DNA of 64,000 nucleotides from an uncultured Gammaproteobacteria bacterium (GTDB lineage: Bacteria; Pseudomonadota; Gammaproteobacteria; JACCXJ01): the NCBI GenBank assembly GCA_963764725.1, contig CAVXTM010000016.1:352001-416000 (forward strand). Reading direction: 5' to 3'. The position numbers were made by a program, and so were the translations under genes. A model generated the notes under the pieces. It ran no database searches, was not told where the DNA came from, and saw only the letters and a list, made by a program, of their open reading frames with translations. Positions 31,460-40,887 of this stretch are shown here, one piece after another (positions within the stretch are counted from its first letter, which is position 1; each line of letters begins with the position of its first letter).

Positions 31460-33532
31460 TTAGCCGATCGAGCGCCCCATCGCCACGCGCATTCTGGCGT
31501 CGACGACGTGAAAGCCATGCTCATTGAAAATGACGGGATTGAGGTCTAGCTCCCTCAACCAAGGAACGGACGAGACCCAGACAGACAGCCTCGCGAGTAA
31601 CCCCGCAAGCGTCTGGCGATCGACCGGCGCGGATAACCCCAAACCATCAAGAAACAACGGGCAACGAATATTCATGATCATGCTCAATGCTTCGTCCTCC
31701 CCGAAGGGTGCCAGGCGCATGGTCACGTCGCGAAGCGCGTCGGCCCAGACACCCCCGGGTCCAAAGAGGACCACGGGACCGTAATCCAGGTCTTGGATCG
31801 CCCCCAGCAGCCACTCGCTACCCGCGCTTACCTGCGTTTGGATCAGGTAGGGGCCTGATGTCAAGCCGCGTTCCAGCCGAAGGAGCGTTTCGCCGAGTGC
31901 GTCGTGGTCGGATATGTTTAAGACAACCGCGCCGGCCGTGGACTTGTGCACCAGCCCAGGTCGGATTGCCTTGACAACCACGGGGAACCCAAGCGCAGTG
32001 GCCGCCGTGACGGCTTCTTGTATGTTTTCCACGATTCGGTACGGCACGACCGGAAACCCAGCGCTCTGCAACAACCCAAAGACCTCACCAGTCGCGACCC
32101 ATCCGCCGTCAGTGATGCTCAGCGGTATGGGCAACACCCGGCCACTGTCCTCGACCATCGGATATTGCTGCGGTTCTAGACAATGTGCAAAGGTATTGGC
32201 CGTGTTCCGAGTCCAGGTATGGCAGGGGACACCCGCGCGTACCAGGCGTTCTCGATTCGCTTCGGCATCGCGGCCGGCGACCCAACATACATGCAATGGC
32301 TTTCCACACCCTAAACGCCGTGCATGCTGCAACTCCGCCATAAGCGCTGCCCCCACCTCGGGCGCTAGCGCTGATCGGTGCAACAACACGGCGATGACTG
32401 CATCCACCTCGTCAGACGCAAGTAGGGCGCGCAGGCTCGCGCCGTACATCTCGGGGAAACGCGGCCAATCGGTCGTGACATCAATGGGATTCATGGCACT
32501 TCCATAGGCGGGCAAGTGGCGTCTAATGCGATCCTGCAACGCGCTAGAAAGCGGCGGTACCGCTAGACCTTGCTCTTCAAGCAAGTCCGTCAACTCGACA
32601 CCGACCCCACCCGAGTTAGTAATGATCCCGACACGCCTGCCTTTGAGCGGCGGCTGTTGATCCAGCGCGGCCGCCACATCGAGCAATGATCGACCGTCCG
32701 CGACGACACGCACGCCCGCTTGGCGCAGGGCCGCCTCGGTGATGGCATACTCGTCTGCGAGCGCCGCAGTGTGGCTCGCCGCAGCCCGTTGTGCAGAGCG
32801 GGTGCGGCCTGTCTTTAGGACTATCACGGGTTTTAGTGTCGTCGTTTCGCGGGCTGTCTGATAAAAGGCCCGACCGTCACTGACCGATTCGAGCAACATC
32901 GCAATGACACGGGTCTCGGGATCCTCGCCCAAGAATCTCAAGGCCTCTACTTCGTTGACGTCAGAACGGTTGCCGAGGGCAAGGACCTTCGCAAAGCCAA
33001 TCTCACCCTGCTGCGAGCAGGTAAACGCCGCCATCCCGTAGGCCCCGCTCTGGGTCACCAGCGATACCCCACCCGGTGCGGGTAGCCCGAGACCGAGCGA
33101 GGCGTTGAGCCCGTTACCCGTATTGATGATACCGAAACAATTAGGCCCCACGAGGCGTAGTCCGGCTGCTCCGGCTTTATCGGCGATGCGTTGCTGTACG
33201 CGCGCCCCGTCCGGTCCGGTTTCGGCAAAGCCGCCACTAATGATCACGGCCGCCCTTGCGCCGATTGCAATACACTCGTCGATGACGCCCTCAACCGCTT
33301 GTGGTGGCACGAGTATCACCGCCAGATCAATCGTTTTCGGCGTGTCTGCCAGCGACGAGTAAGCGGTCCGATTCGCTATTGTCCTGCGTGAGGGATTGAC
33401 AAAGTACAGCTCGCCTCTATAGCTCCCCAGCATATTTTGCACGAACAGGTGCCCTAAGCTTCCAGGTTGGTCCGAGGCGCCGATTAGGACGACGCTCTCG
33501 GCAGCAAATATCGATTTTCCCCACTCGTTCAC
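31460..33532 (-). CDS. ADP-forming acyl-CoA ligase (fused alpha/beta subunits)
   Basis: CoA-binding domain (SGGFAE, GPNCFG, TQSGA), phospho-His in AASHT, ATP-grasp (HKS, ELDLNPV). No GNAT domain. GTGA overlap with the upstream stop. Confidence 0.88.
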   Translation of the reverse strand: MNEWGKSIFAAESVVLIGASDQPGSLGHLFVQNMLGSYRGELYFVNPSRRTIANRTAYSSLADTPKTIDLAVILVPPQAVEGVIDECIAIGARAAVIISGGFAETGPDGARVQQRIADKAGAAGLRLVGPNCFGIINTGNGLNASLGLGLPAPGGVSLVTQSGAYGMAAFTCSQQGEIGFAKVLALGNRSDVNEVEALRFLGEDPETRVIAMLLESVSDGRAFYQTARETTTLKPVIVLKTGRTRSAQRAAASHTAALADEYAITEAALRQAGVRVVADGRSLLDVAAALDQQPPLKGRRVGIITNSGGVGVELTDLLEEQGLAVPPLSSALQDRIRRHLPAYGSAMNPIDVTTDWPRFPEMYGASLRALLASDEVDAVIAVLLHRSALAPEVGAALMAELQHARRLGCGKPLHVCWVAGRDAEANRERLVRAGVPCHTWTRNTANTFAHCLEPQQYPMVEDSGRVLPIPLSITDGGWVATGEVFGLLQSAGFPVVPYRIVENIQEAVTAATALGFPVVVKAIRPGLVHKSTAGAVVLNISDHDALGETLLRLERGLTSGPYLIQTQVSAGSEWLLGAIQDLDYGPVVLFGPGGVWADALRDVTMRLAPFGEDEALSMIMNIRCPLFLDGLGLSAPVDRQTLAGLLARLSVWVSSVPWLRELDLNPVIFNEHGFHVVDARMRVAMGRSIG

Positions 33533-35049
33533 CGCAACCAATCACCATCCCCCGCGAAGAAGGCCGGTTGTCCACCCGTATGCACAAATACAACCTTGGG
33601 ATACGATCCGAGCCGCTCGTGCCGCAGACCATCCAGTAATCCAGCCATCGCCTTACCGGTGTAGGTCGGATCAAGCAGCAGACCTTCGGTGCGTCCGACG
33701 AGCCTAATCGCATCCGCAGCCTCTATGCTGGGGATCCCGTAGCCTTCGCCGATAAAGCCGCCGTGCACGATCGCATCCTGGGGGGTAAAGGTCCAATCGA
33801 GACCCAGCAGTGCCGCCGCTTCAGTAGCGAGGCGGGCTACCTCCATCCTTGCCTCTTCTGCCGGACGGCTCACGGTAAAGCTCTCGACGGTCCACGGTGA
33901 TCCCAACGCGCGTGTGCCGAATAACCAGCCGGCGTGAGTGGCGCCCGAGCCGGTGGCCAGCACGATCGCGTCGGGATCAAATTCAAGCGCGCGACACTGC
34001 TCGGAGAGCTCTCGCGCCGCCAACGCATGCCCCAGGGCCCCGAGGGCACAGGCCCCGCCGCGTGGGATGGGATAAGGGCGCTGGCCTTTGTGGCGCAGCT
34101 CCTCACAGAGTGCTTGGATACCGCGATCCACAGAGGCGCGATCCGGGTCGCCCGTGAACACCGCCTCTGCCCCGAGCAGGCGGGTGACGCGGTAATTCCC
34201 GTCGATCCGTGCGGGCGCGTCGCTCCAGAAGACGGCGACACAGCGCAGGCCGTAATGCGCGGCCGCGGCCGCCGTCGCACGGACGTGGTTGGACTGCGCG
34301 CCCGCGCCGGTCACGATGGTGTCGGCACCCTGGCCCAGCGCGTCGGCCACCAGCAGCTCCAGGCCTCGGACCTTGTTGCCCCCAAGGCCAAAGCCGATCA
34401 AATCATCCCGCTTGAACCATATCTCCGAGCCGCCGATCGCCCGGCTGAGTCGCCGCATCGGTGAGAACGGTGTGGGGAATTCAGCCAAGGGCCGGCGCGG
34501 CAGCCGTGCGAGGGCTTCCCATGGGCTGCCATGAAGATCGCGGCGACGTACCTTTTCGCCTCCCTCTCCCGCCGGGAAAGTTGTCCATGGCTCCCCAGGA
34601 GAGTCGCCACAACGTACCGCTCCTTCTCCCTCTGGGAGAGCTTCCAAAGGGATGCCACCAACGTCACTGCAACTTATTCGTTCTTCTCCCTCTCCCACCG
34701 GGAGAGGGTGGGAGTGAGGGGAACTAATCGCTGCGGCAGCCCGTATGGCCTCCAACACAGCATCGGGTTCGCGAAGCACATCATGATTCCAGAATCGCAA
34801 AACCCGATACCCCAAGTTTTGCAAGTATTGACTCCGCTGTTGGTCCTGTTCCGTTCGCTCGGCATGTTGCCCACCGTCAAGTTCGATCACCAGCTTGGAT
34901 TTTAGGCAAAGAAAGTCGGCGATGTAGGGACCGAGAGGTTGCTGCCGCCGGAATTTACAATTCTCCACTTGGCGGTTCCTGAGCCGGCTCCACAACAATT
35001 TTTCGGCATCGGTCTGATGCTGTCGCAGTGTTTTGGCAAGTTGCTTCAT
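33529..35049 (-). CDS. xcbE: DUF559 nuclease domain fused to a D-cysteine desulfhydrase-family PLP enzyme (XcbE-like, CoM biosynthesis)
   Basis: Residues 1-105 are DUF559 (KFRRQ, YIADF, IELDGGQH, VLRFWN). The C-terminal part has KRDDL...GGNKVR, LDPTYTGKAM and FVHTGG. Follows xcbD. Confidence 0.82.
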   Translation of the reverse strand: MKQLAKTLRQHQTDAEKLLWSRLRNRQVENCKFRRQQPLGPYIADFLCLKSKLVIELDGGQHAERTEQDQQRSQYLQNLGYRVLRFWNHDVLREPDAVLEAIRAAAAISSPHSHPLPVGEGEERISCSDVGGIPLEALPEGEGAVRCGDSPGEPWTTFPAGEGGEKVRRRDLHGSPWEALARLPRRPLAEFPTPFSPMRRLSRAIGGSEIWFKRDDLIGFGLGGNKVRGLELLVADALGQGADTIVTGAGAQSNHVRATAAAAAHYGLRCVAVFWSDAPARIDGNYRVTRLLGAEAVFTGDPDRASVDRGIQALCEELRHKGQRPYPIPRGGACALGALGHALAARELSEQCRALEFDPDAIVLATGSGATHAGWLFGTRALGSPWTVESFTVSRPAEEARMEVARLATEAAALLGLDWTFTPQDAIVHGGFIGEGYGIPSIEAADAIRLVGRTEGLLLDPTYTGKAMAGLLDGLRHERLGSYPKVVFVHTGGQPAFFAGDGDWLR

Positions 35050-35107
35050 CGGGATAAAATCCTTCCTTTATCCCCTCACCCTAACCCTCTCCCGAAGGTA
35101 GAGGGGG
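34686..35107. mobile_element. DUF559 cassette bounded by 36-bp inverted palindromic repeats
   Basis: 34686-34721 and 35072-35107 are inverted copies (29/36 identical by eye). Each contains a ccctctccc-N3-gggagaggg hairpin (one mismatch in the right copy). Confidence 0.65.
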
Positions 35108-36527
35108 CTGATTTTTTCGCTCGCCACGATCATCCTCCTGGAAATGCCCTTGACCACGGCCGGGTGACAGCGTCCCCGCTAGGGCCAGCACCCGGTCCAC
35201 CATGTGCGCGCAGCAACCGGTGCTCTGTCCCACGTCGAAGAGGCTCTCGATCCCGGCAACGCCGAGCTGCGCTACGATCTGAGTCTCGGCGAGCACGGCC
35301 TCCCGCAGGGGGGTGCCACGCTCGGCGGCGTCCATCGCCACGCGGTACACGAGCGCATGGGCGCTCTGCTTACCGAGCTTGGGGGCCAAGGCCAACATCA
35401 CGCGCTCGGCCTGAACTAAGCCCTTGGTCGCAAGCAGATTGTCCCACATGCGGTCCACGTTGACCTCAAGGTGTTCGAGTAGATCGTGCAACAGCGCCAA
35501 TACCTTGCCGGTCGCGAGACAAGCCCCGGGAAGGAGCACCCATTCCCCCTTCCATGCCCGCCCATCGCGCTCGTGGTCGTGCACGAGATTCTCGCTCATG
35601 TGCGCGGCCTGATACCGCACCGTGCGGGCCAGCGTGCCCAGGTGCTCGGCGATCTCCGGGTTGCGCTTCTGGGGCATGGTGATGCTGCCGACCGTGCCCG
35701 GCACGAATCCCTCGCTGAGCTTCCCCGATCTCCGGCCGCTGCAGGTTGTAAACCTCGTGCCCGATGCGGTCGGCCGTTGCCGCGATCAGGGCGAGGAGGT
35801 TGAGCCATTCGGCGAGACGATCGCGCGCGGCGGTCCAGGAGATCGCGGGGGCCGTGAGCCCGAGCCTCTCGAGGAAGCGCCGCTGCAGCGCGAGCGCGTC
35901 GGGACCGAAGGAGGAGAGACTGCCGACGCCGCCCGCGAGTTGCCCGACGCCAATGCGCGCGCCGACCTCATCGAGGCGTTGGCGGTGGCGCTGGATCTCA
36001 TCGAGCCACCCGGCGGCCTTGAACCCGAAGGTGATCGGAAGGCCGGGCTGACCGTGGGTGCGGCCGCACATCGGCGTATCCCGATAGCGGCGGGCGAGAT
36101 CGCACAGCACCGTTGCAACGCTTGTGAGCTGGTCTTCAAAGATGTCCCGCACCTTGACCAGAATCCGAGCCGTATGCGTGTCCGTGATGTCCTGCACTGT
36201 CGCCCCGTAACAAAGCCATTCTCCGCTGTCGGCTGGGCAGCGGCGCTGGAGCGCGCGAATAAGACCTAGCAGCGAATGATTGGTCTGCTCGAAGTCTTCG
36301 CGCACTTCGCTAAAAAACGCCTCATCGAGCTGCAGGCGCCCGCAGGCATCGGCGAGTTGGTTAGCCGCCGTCGCGGGGATCAAACCGAATTCCGCCTCCG
36401 TCTCGGCGAGCACCACCATGACCTCGATCCAGCCCGCGGCCAGCGCGGTATCATCGAAGAGGGCACGCAGCTCGAGTGTGGCCCATGAATTTCGATAGAT
36501 CGCTGAGTCGCTAATGTGTACCGACAT
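35081..36527 (-). CDS. xcbD: Adenylosuccinate lyase-like protein (XcbD-like), with one frameshift near 35721
   Basis: GATVQDITDT, GRTHGQPGLPITFG, GSITMPQKRNP and HDHERDG. Removing one base restores EIGELSEGFVPGTVGS. Confidence 0.8.
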
Positions 36528-36684
36528 AGCGATTCGCTACCTCGTTGGGCTCGTTGCTGCTATCAAAGGAGCAGAATGCGCGGATTTGTACGCAAGTACA
36601 GCTACGCCCCCGAGCCGAATCCGACCTCGTTGTGGTTGTTGCTTCCAGTGTCGTTGCAAGTGCAGCACGGTATGTGGTTAACTC

Positions 36685-38244
36685 CTACCCCGAATTGGGG
36701 TTCGAGGCCTCCGAACCCAGCACGCCCGCACGGACCGCCCGTAACAGCGAGTCCTCCGCCATTTGGAGCCGCCGGCCACAGTTGCTGGTCCATGCATCGG
36801 TCTCTGCCAAGGCCCTCTCGCATTCGACAATCATCGCCTCCATGGCCTCGGGCGCCGCGCCCCCCCGTTCGGCGCGTGCCAACACGGCGGCCTCAGGGTC
36901 CAGGGCATCCTGGAGGGCTGCTGGCGAGATCTCGACGCCCTTGCCCAGCACCATCTCCGCGGCCGCCGCCAGCTCATCCGGCGCGAGCTGATTCAAATCA
37001 CCGCTCGCCAGATGCCGGCGCACGAGGTGGCCGACCAGCCAATGTGCTTGGCGAAAGTCGAGACCGCTTTCGAGCACGAGCACTTCGGCGAGATCGGTCG
37101 CGAGCGCGAAGCCGTGGTCGAGCAGGCTGCGCCCACGCTGGCCATTGAATGTCAGAAAGCTCACGACCTCGCCCATGAGCCCCACCGCGTCCTGCGTGTC
37201 CGCAATCGCGCGCGGGATAAGGCCGTAAAGTGGCAGGCGGTTGTCCGGTTGCCCCGACGGCGTTCGACCCAATGCCGCGCTCGCCGCGAGCGTGCCGATC
37301 ATCGTACTGGCTACCCCACGAACGTGCGTCAAGGCAAAGGGGTTTTTCTTCTGAGGCATGATCTTGCTCGCACGCGCGTGCCGATCGTCAAGCTCGACCA
37401 GAGCGAACTCCTCGGTGGCATAGATCTGTAGGTCCTCGGCCAAGCGGTCGAGATTGATCAGGATTGCGGTCAGTATCGCGGCCGCCTCGATCGGCAGATC
37501 CGCCTGCCACATGGCATCGCGTGCATGGATGACAAGCCCATCGAAACCCAGAAGATCGCTCAGGCGGCCGCGGTTTTGTGGCAAGCGCGACCCGTTGGTA
37601 CTACCACATCCCGCGGGACTTTGGTTCACCCGCCCGTAAAACGCTCGAACGCGATCGAGATCACGCAGCACAGGGTAGGCAAAACCAAGCAGATAATGAC
37701 CGAAGGTGGTTGGCTGCGCCGCTCGTAGATAGGTATAGTCGGGCAGCAACGCTGAGCGAAACTGGCGCGCCCGCGCGGTGATCACTTTGCCGGTCGTCGC
37801 CAGCGCCTCAGCCAGGCCGATGAGACCCGCGCGCACCTTGATCAGAAATGCGGTTGTGGTTGCTTCGCGCCGCGCCCGGCCTGCGCCCAACCAAGTGCCC
37901 GCGCCTGTCTGCGTGGCCAACCACGCTTCGCGGTTGGTGTAGAGGTCGCCCCTCGATGGGTCCAAGGTAAAATCAGCGGGTCGTTCGTGAAGTTCCAAGA
38001 GGGCAGCGAGAAGATCCCGACCGGCATCACGCGGAACGATGCCCGCCTCCATCATCGCCAGTGTGTGAGCAAGATCGACCCAGCTCATGGCTTCGAATAG
38101 CTCCGCCTGGTCGTCGAGCTCCCTCTTGAAAGCTGCCTGGATCAGTCGCTCGGAGGGACCACGCTCGAGGCGCGCGCCCACCTTGAGCGCGTGCTCCGAT
38201 ACCGGTGAGGGGCAGTCTGGCTCGCGGCTATTTCTTATCGGCAT
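36685..38244 (-). CDS. xcbC: Argininosuccinate lyase-like protein (XcbC-like)
   Basis: AQPTTFGHYL, LDRLAEDL and the altered signature ASKIMPQKKNP. Overlaps comA. Confidence 0.82.
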   Translation of the reverse strand: MPIRNSREPDCPSPVSEHALKVGARLERGPSERLIQAAFKRELDDQAELFEAMSWVDLAHTLAMMEAGIVPRDAGRDLLAALLELHERPADFTLDPSRGDLYTNREAWLATQTGAGTWLGAGRARREATTTAFLIKVRAGLIGLAEALATTGKVITARARQFRSALLPDYTYLRAAQPTTFGHYLLGFAYPVLRDLDRVRAFYGRVNQSPAGCGSTNGSRLPQNRGRLSDLLGFDGLVIHARDAMWQADLPIEAAAILTAILINLDRLAEDLQIYATEEFALVELDDRHARASKIMPQKKNPFALTHVRGVASTMIGTLAASAALGRTPSGQPDNRLPLYGLIPRAIADTQDAVGLMGEVVSFLTFNGQRGRSLLDHGFALATDLAEVLVLESGLDFRQAHWLVGHLVRRHLASGDLNQLAPDELAAAAEMVLGKGVEISPAALQDALDPEAAVLARAERGGAAPEAMEAMIVECERALAETDAWTSNCGRRLQMAEDSLLRAVRAGVLGSEASNPNSG

Positions 38245-39109
38245 GGAAGCTTATCGGAGCCTCGGCGCGCTCCGGCTCGACCTCATGAGGGTCCCAGGCG
38301 CCTGAGCGTACCAGCTCGTCGGTGACCGAGCGCAGGGTCTCGAAGCGAAGTCGGCAGCGCAAGGATTCGACCGCCAATACCTGATCGGGGTGGATATTGC
38401 CCAGCCCCACGTTGGTCCCGAAGCGACGGATCAGGTAGGCCTGCTGCTCCTTGAGCGGGGCTTCCCACACAAGCCGATCCGTCGCAGTACCCAGGATGCG
38501 GCCGATTGCCGCAACGGCGTCGTCGATGACCTGGCCGTTCTCGTCGTAGATCCCCACCGCGCGGCCGGACTCCCTGCCTTCCACCACCACCCAGCGCGCG
38601 CCATGTTCCAGATCCTCCAAGGCCTGCTCGGCCATCTGCTCCGCCGAAGGCTGCTGCCTCGGGTCCTTCTTACCCACCTCGGTGATGGGAACGAGCCCGG
38701 CGTCCAGCGCGCAGTGAATGATGTTCCTTCGGCGCAAGGCCGGCATCGGGATCGTGCCATCGGAGATCTCGACGGCGCTGAAACCCAAGGTCTTCGCGTG
38801 TTTCATATAATCTCGGCAGTGGCGCTCGACGAGTGCGACCTCGAGCAGCGTACCGCCCGGGAAGGTCAGCACCTCGTACTCGGCGAGTAGCGCCAGCTTG
38901 TGCTGCAGGATTTGCTTGGTGAGAAACACCGAGGTTCCGAAGCTGAGCTTCCAGTGGTCGATGCAGTGACCTGCGAGCTCGATGGTATCGCGTAGCAAGG
39001 CCAGGCCAACGCCCGTGTCGATGACCATCGTTACCCCGGCAGTTCGGGGCTTTTGCGTGCGATCGCCGATGAGGCTCTTAACGATGGGATCCCAGGCGAG
39101 CTCAGGCAT
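38228..39109 (-). CDS. comA: Phosphosulfolactate synthase ComA/XcbB
   Basis: KPRTAGVTMVIDTG, KLSFGTS, PGGTLLE, VEISDG, EVGKK, EGRESG, WEAPLK and NVGLGNI. Confidence 0.93.
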   Translation of the reverse strand: MPELAWDPIVKSLIGDRTQKPRTAGVTMVIDTGVGLALLRDTIELAGHCIDHWKLSFGTSVFLTKQILQHKLALLAEYEVLTFPGGTLLEVALVERHCRDYMKHAKTLGFSAVEISDGTIPMPALRRRNIIHCALDAGLVPITEVGKKDPRQQPSAEQMAEQALEDLEHGARWVVVEGRESGRAVGIYDENGQVIDDAVAAIGRILGTATDRLVWEAPLKEQQAYLIRRFGTNVGLGNIHPDQVLAVESLRCRLRFETLRSVTDELVRSGAWDPHEVEPERAEAPISFHADKK

Positions 39110-40016
39110 ATTCCACACCCCGCGAGAGGAGACCAAGAGCCTGTTCGACCATCGGAAGGTCGGCGCCCCAGGGAACCACCGCCGTCATGTCGTCTTGTTC
39201 AATGCCAAATTCTAACAGGCAGCATTTGAGGAGGGTGGGGCGAGTTGATGTTGGCGCGAGCTTCCGAGGACACATCTCCACGCGCGGGGGCTCATCCCCG
39301 TAGTAATGCCGGTGGAACTGGAGGCTGCGTTCGCAGCCGATCAGGGTCCAGGGGCGGCGCACGGGGGGACGCTCATCGAGAAAGTACACGGGCGCTCCGA
39401 GCTCATCGAGACCGCCCGAGCGGCAGGGTACGAGATAAGCCTCGGGCTGAACCTGCCTACAAAGCTCGCGGAGGTCGATGCGCTCGAGCTCGAGACAGAT
39501 GGGCGGGAGATCGGCATAGCTCAGGACGTGCTCGGCCATTTTGTAGAGCTTCGGCGGATCCGGCGGAGCGACCTCGACGACCCGCAGGATCATAGGATCG
39601 GGGTGGTGGATGATGTTGATATGATCGAATGTGCCTTGAACGACGACCGTCCGATCCGACCCGAGGCGGTGCTTACGAGCGAGCATGGCGAGCGCCGAGC
39701 GGTTGGCCGGATCGGTCTCGGGTGATTGTATGAATACACAATCAGCGGGCAAGGCCAGTACCTCTACGGCCTCGACACGGGTGAACAGCGCGTCCGATTC
39801 GGCCCGCTGCACCGCTGCCACGGCCAGTTGATGATCTGCATTATGTAAGACCACGACATCGGTGCGCCGGTAGACCTCGCGTGATAGCAAATGTGTTTCG
39901 ATAGCCGCCTCGGTCATGGCTCCTTCATATGGCTGAAAGCTCACTCGGCGATAGGGTAGAGGCACGAAGTTGTTCTGCCACTTGAGACTCCCGACCTTGA
40001 GCACTTCGCCGCCCAT
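39102..40016 (-). CDS. Cys-rich conserved protein upstream of comA (XcbA-like)
   Basis: Cys motifs VPCRS, IGCERSLQFH, EMCPR and KCCLLE; 8-nt overlap with comA. The assignment rests on synteny with xcbABCDE. Confidence 0.65.
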   Translation of the reverse strand: MGGEVLKVGSLKWQNNFVPLPYRRVSFQPYEGAMTEAAIETHLLSREVYRRTDVVVLHNADHQLAVAAVQRAESDALFTRVEAVEVLALPADCVFIQSPETDPANRSALAMLARKHRLGSDRTVVVQGTFDHINIIHHPDPMILRVVEVAPPDPPKLYKMAEHVLSYADLPPICLELERIDLRELCRQVQPEAYLVPCRSGGLDELGAPVYFLDERPPVRRPWTLIGCERSLQFHRHYYGDEPPRVEMCPRKLAPTSTRPTLLKCCLLEFGIEQDDMTAVVPWGADLPMVEQALGLLSRGVEYA

Positions 40017-40032
40017 ACCCTTCGTCTGTCGT

Positions 40033-40887
40033 TCAGGCCAGCGTAAACCTACGCGCTTGGTCCGCGGGCCTTAGCTCCCGCTCATGGATCCGTAACGGGT
40101 CCAGGCCGCGGATAAACTCCACCATCTCCGGTGTAGGTAGAGGGACCAGGCTGAGGTCCTCGCGTACCGGAAACGCGAAACCCGTATTCTCGCGCACCTC
40201 GGCGACATCGATATCCGGGTAAACCCCGGCGAGCCGCGCGTGGCCAGAGTCATCGAAATCGAAGACCCCAAGCTCGGTGACGAGGCTATCGGGGCCCTTC
40301 CCCCGATATCGCATCTCGGACCGGGTTTTTCCCTCGGCGGTACGATGCCCCACGCTCGTAATGAAATCACAGCCTTCGACCAGCCGAAACCGGCGTCGGC
40401 CTTTCGGGTCGGGCGCCGCCCGGTGTGCGGCGGTCCAAATAGTCACATGCTGCACGTCACAGGACAGATTGCAGCCGCCACCCCCGCCCGGCAGCTTGAG
40501 CTGCAGTTGCTCTCGCCCGACGCGGGTCACGTTCATGTTGCCCCAGCGGTCGATCTGTAGACCGGAGAGAAACATTCGGCCCACGCGCCCGCTCGCCGCA
40601 AGGTCAAACAGCTCTTCGATGCCGAGGTGGCATTCCGCTCCGCGGTTCATCACCCAGTCGTTGGTGGTTGGGGCGAGAAATGGGGGTGTGGGGTTCACCC
40701 CATAGGTAGCGCCGGCAATGAGGACCAGATCGGGGGCGTGGGTCTTTTTCGCGAGGTGCAGTGCGAGTTGCACGAGCGGTGAGCCGAAGCCGTGGAAGGC
40801 CACGATCCCGTCTTCGATCGTCCGAGTGATCTGATAGATCATTACCTCACCGAAGGTACAGGTTATGGGTGTGGAGCGATCACGCAT
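40033..40887 (-). CDS. CoA transferase beta subunit (GctB/CatJ-like)
   Basis: FLSGLQIDRWGNMN, LPGGGGG, VTELGVFDF and VRENTGF. ATG overlaps the alpha-subunit stop. Confidence 0.88.
   Translation of the reverse strand: MRDRSTPITCTFGEVMIYQITRTIEDGIVAFHGFGSPLVQLALHLAKKTHAPDLVLIAGATYGVNPTPPFLAPTTNDWVMNRGAECHLGIEELFDLAASGRVGRMFLSGLQIDRWGNMNVTRVGREQLQLKLPGGGGGCNLSCDVQHVTIWTAAHRAAPDPKGRRRFRLVEGCDFITSVGHRTAEGKTRSEMRYRGKGPDSLVTELGVFDFDDSGHARLAGVYPDIDVAEVRENTGFAFPVREDLSLVPLPTPEMVEFIRGLDPLRIHERELRPADQARRFTLA

Noticed and set aside
31460-33532. Pat/YfiQ protein acetyltransferase
   Set aside because: It has no GNAT domain and retains the phospho-His.
34510-35107. CRISPR array
   Set aside because: The repeats are degenerate, partly inverted and protein-coding; there are no unique spacers or cas genes.
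35081-38244. Housekeeping argH and purB
   Set aside because: The signature Ser is substituted in both, and they sit in xcb order after comA.
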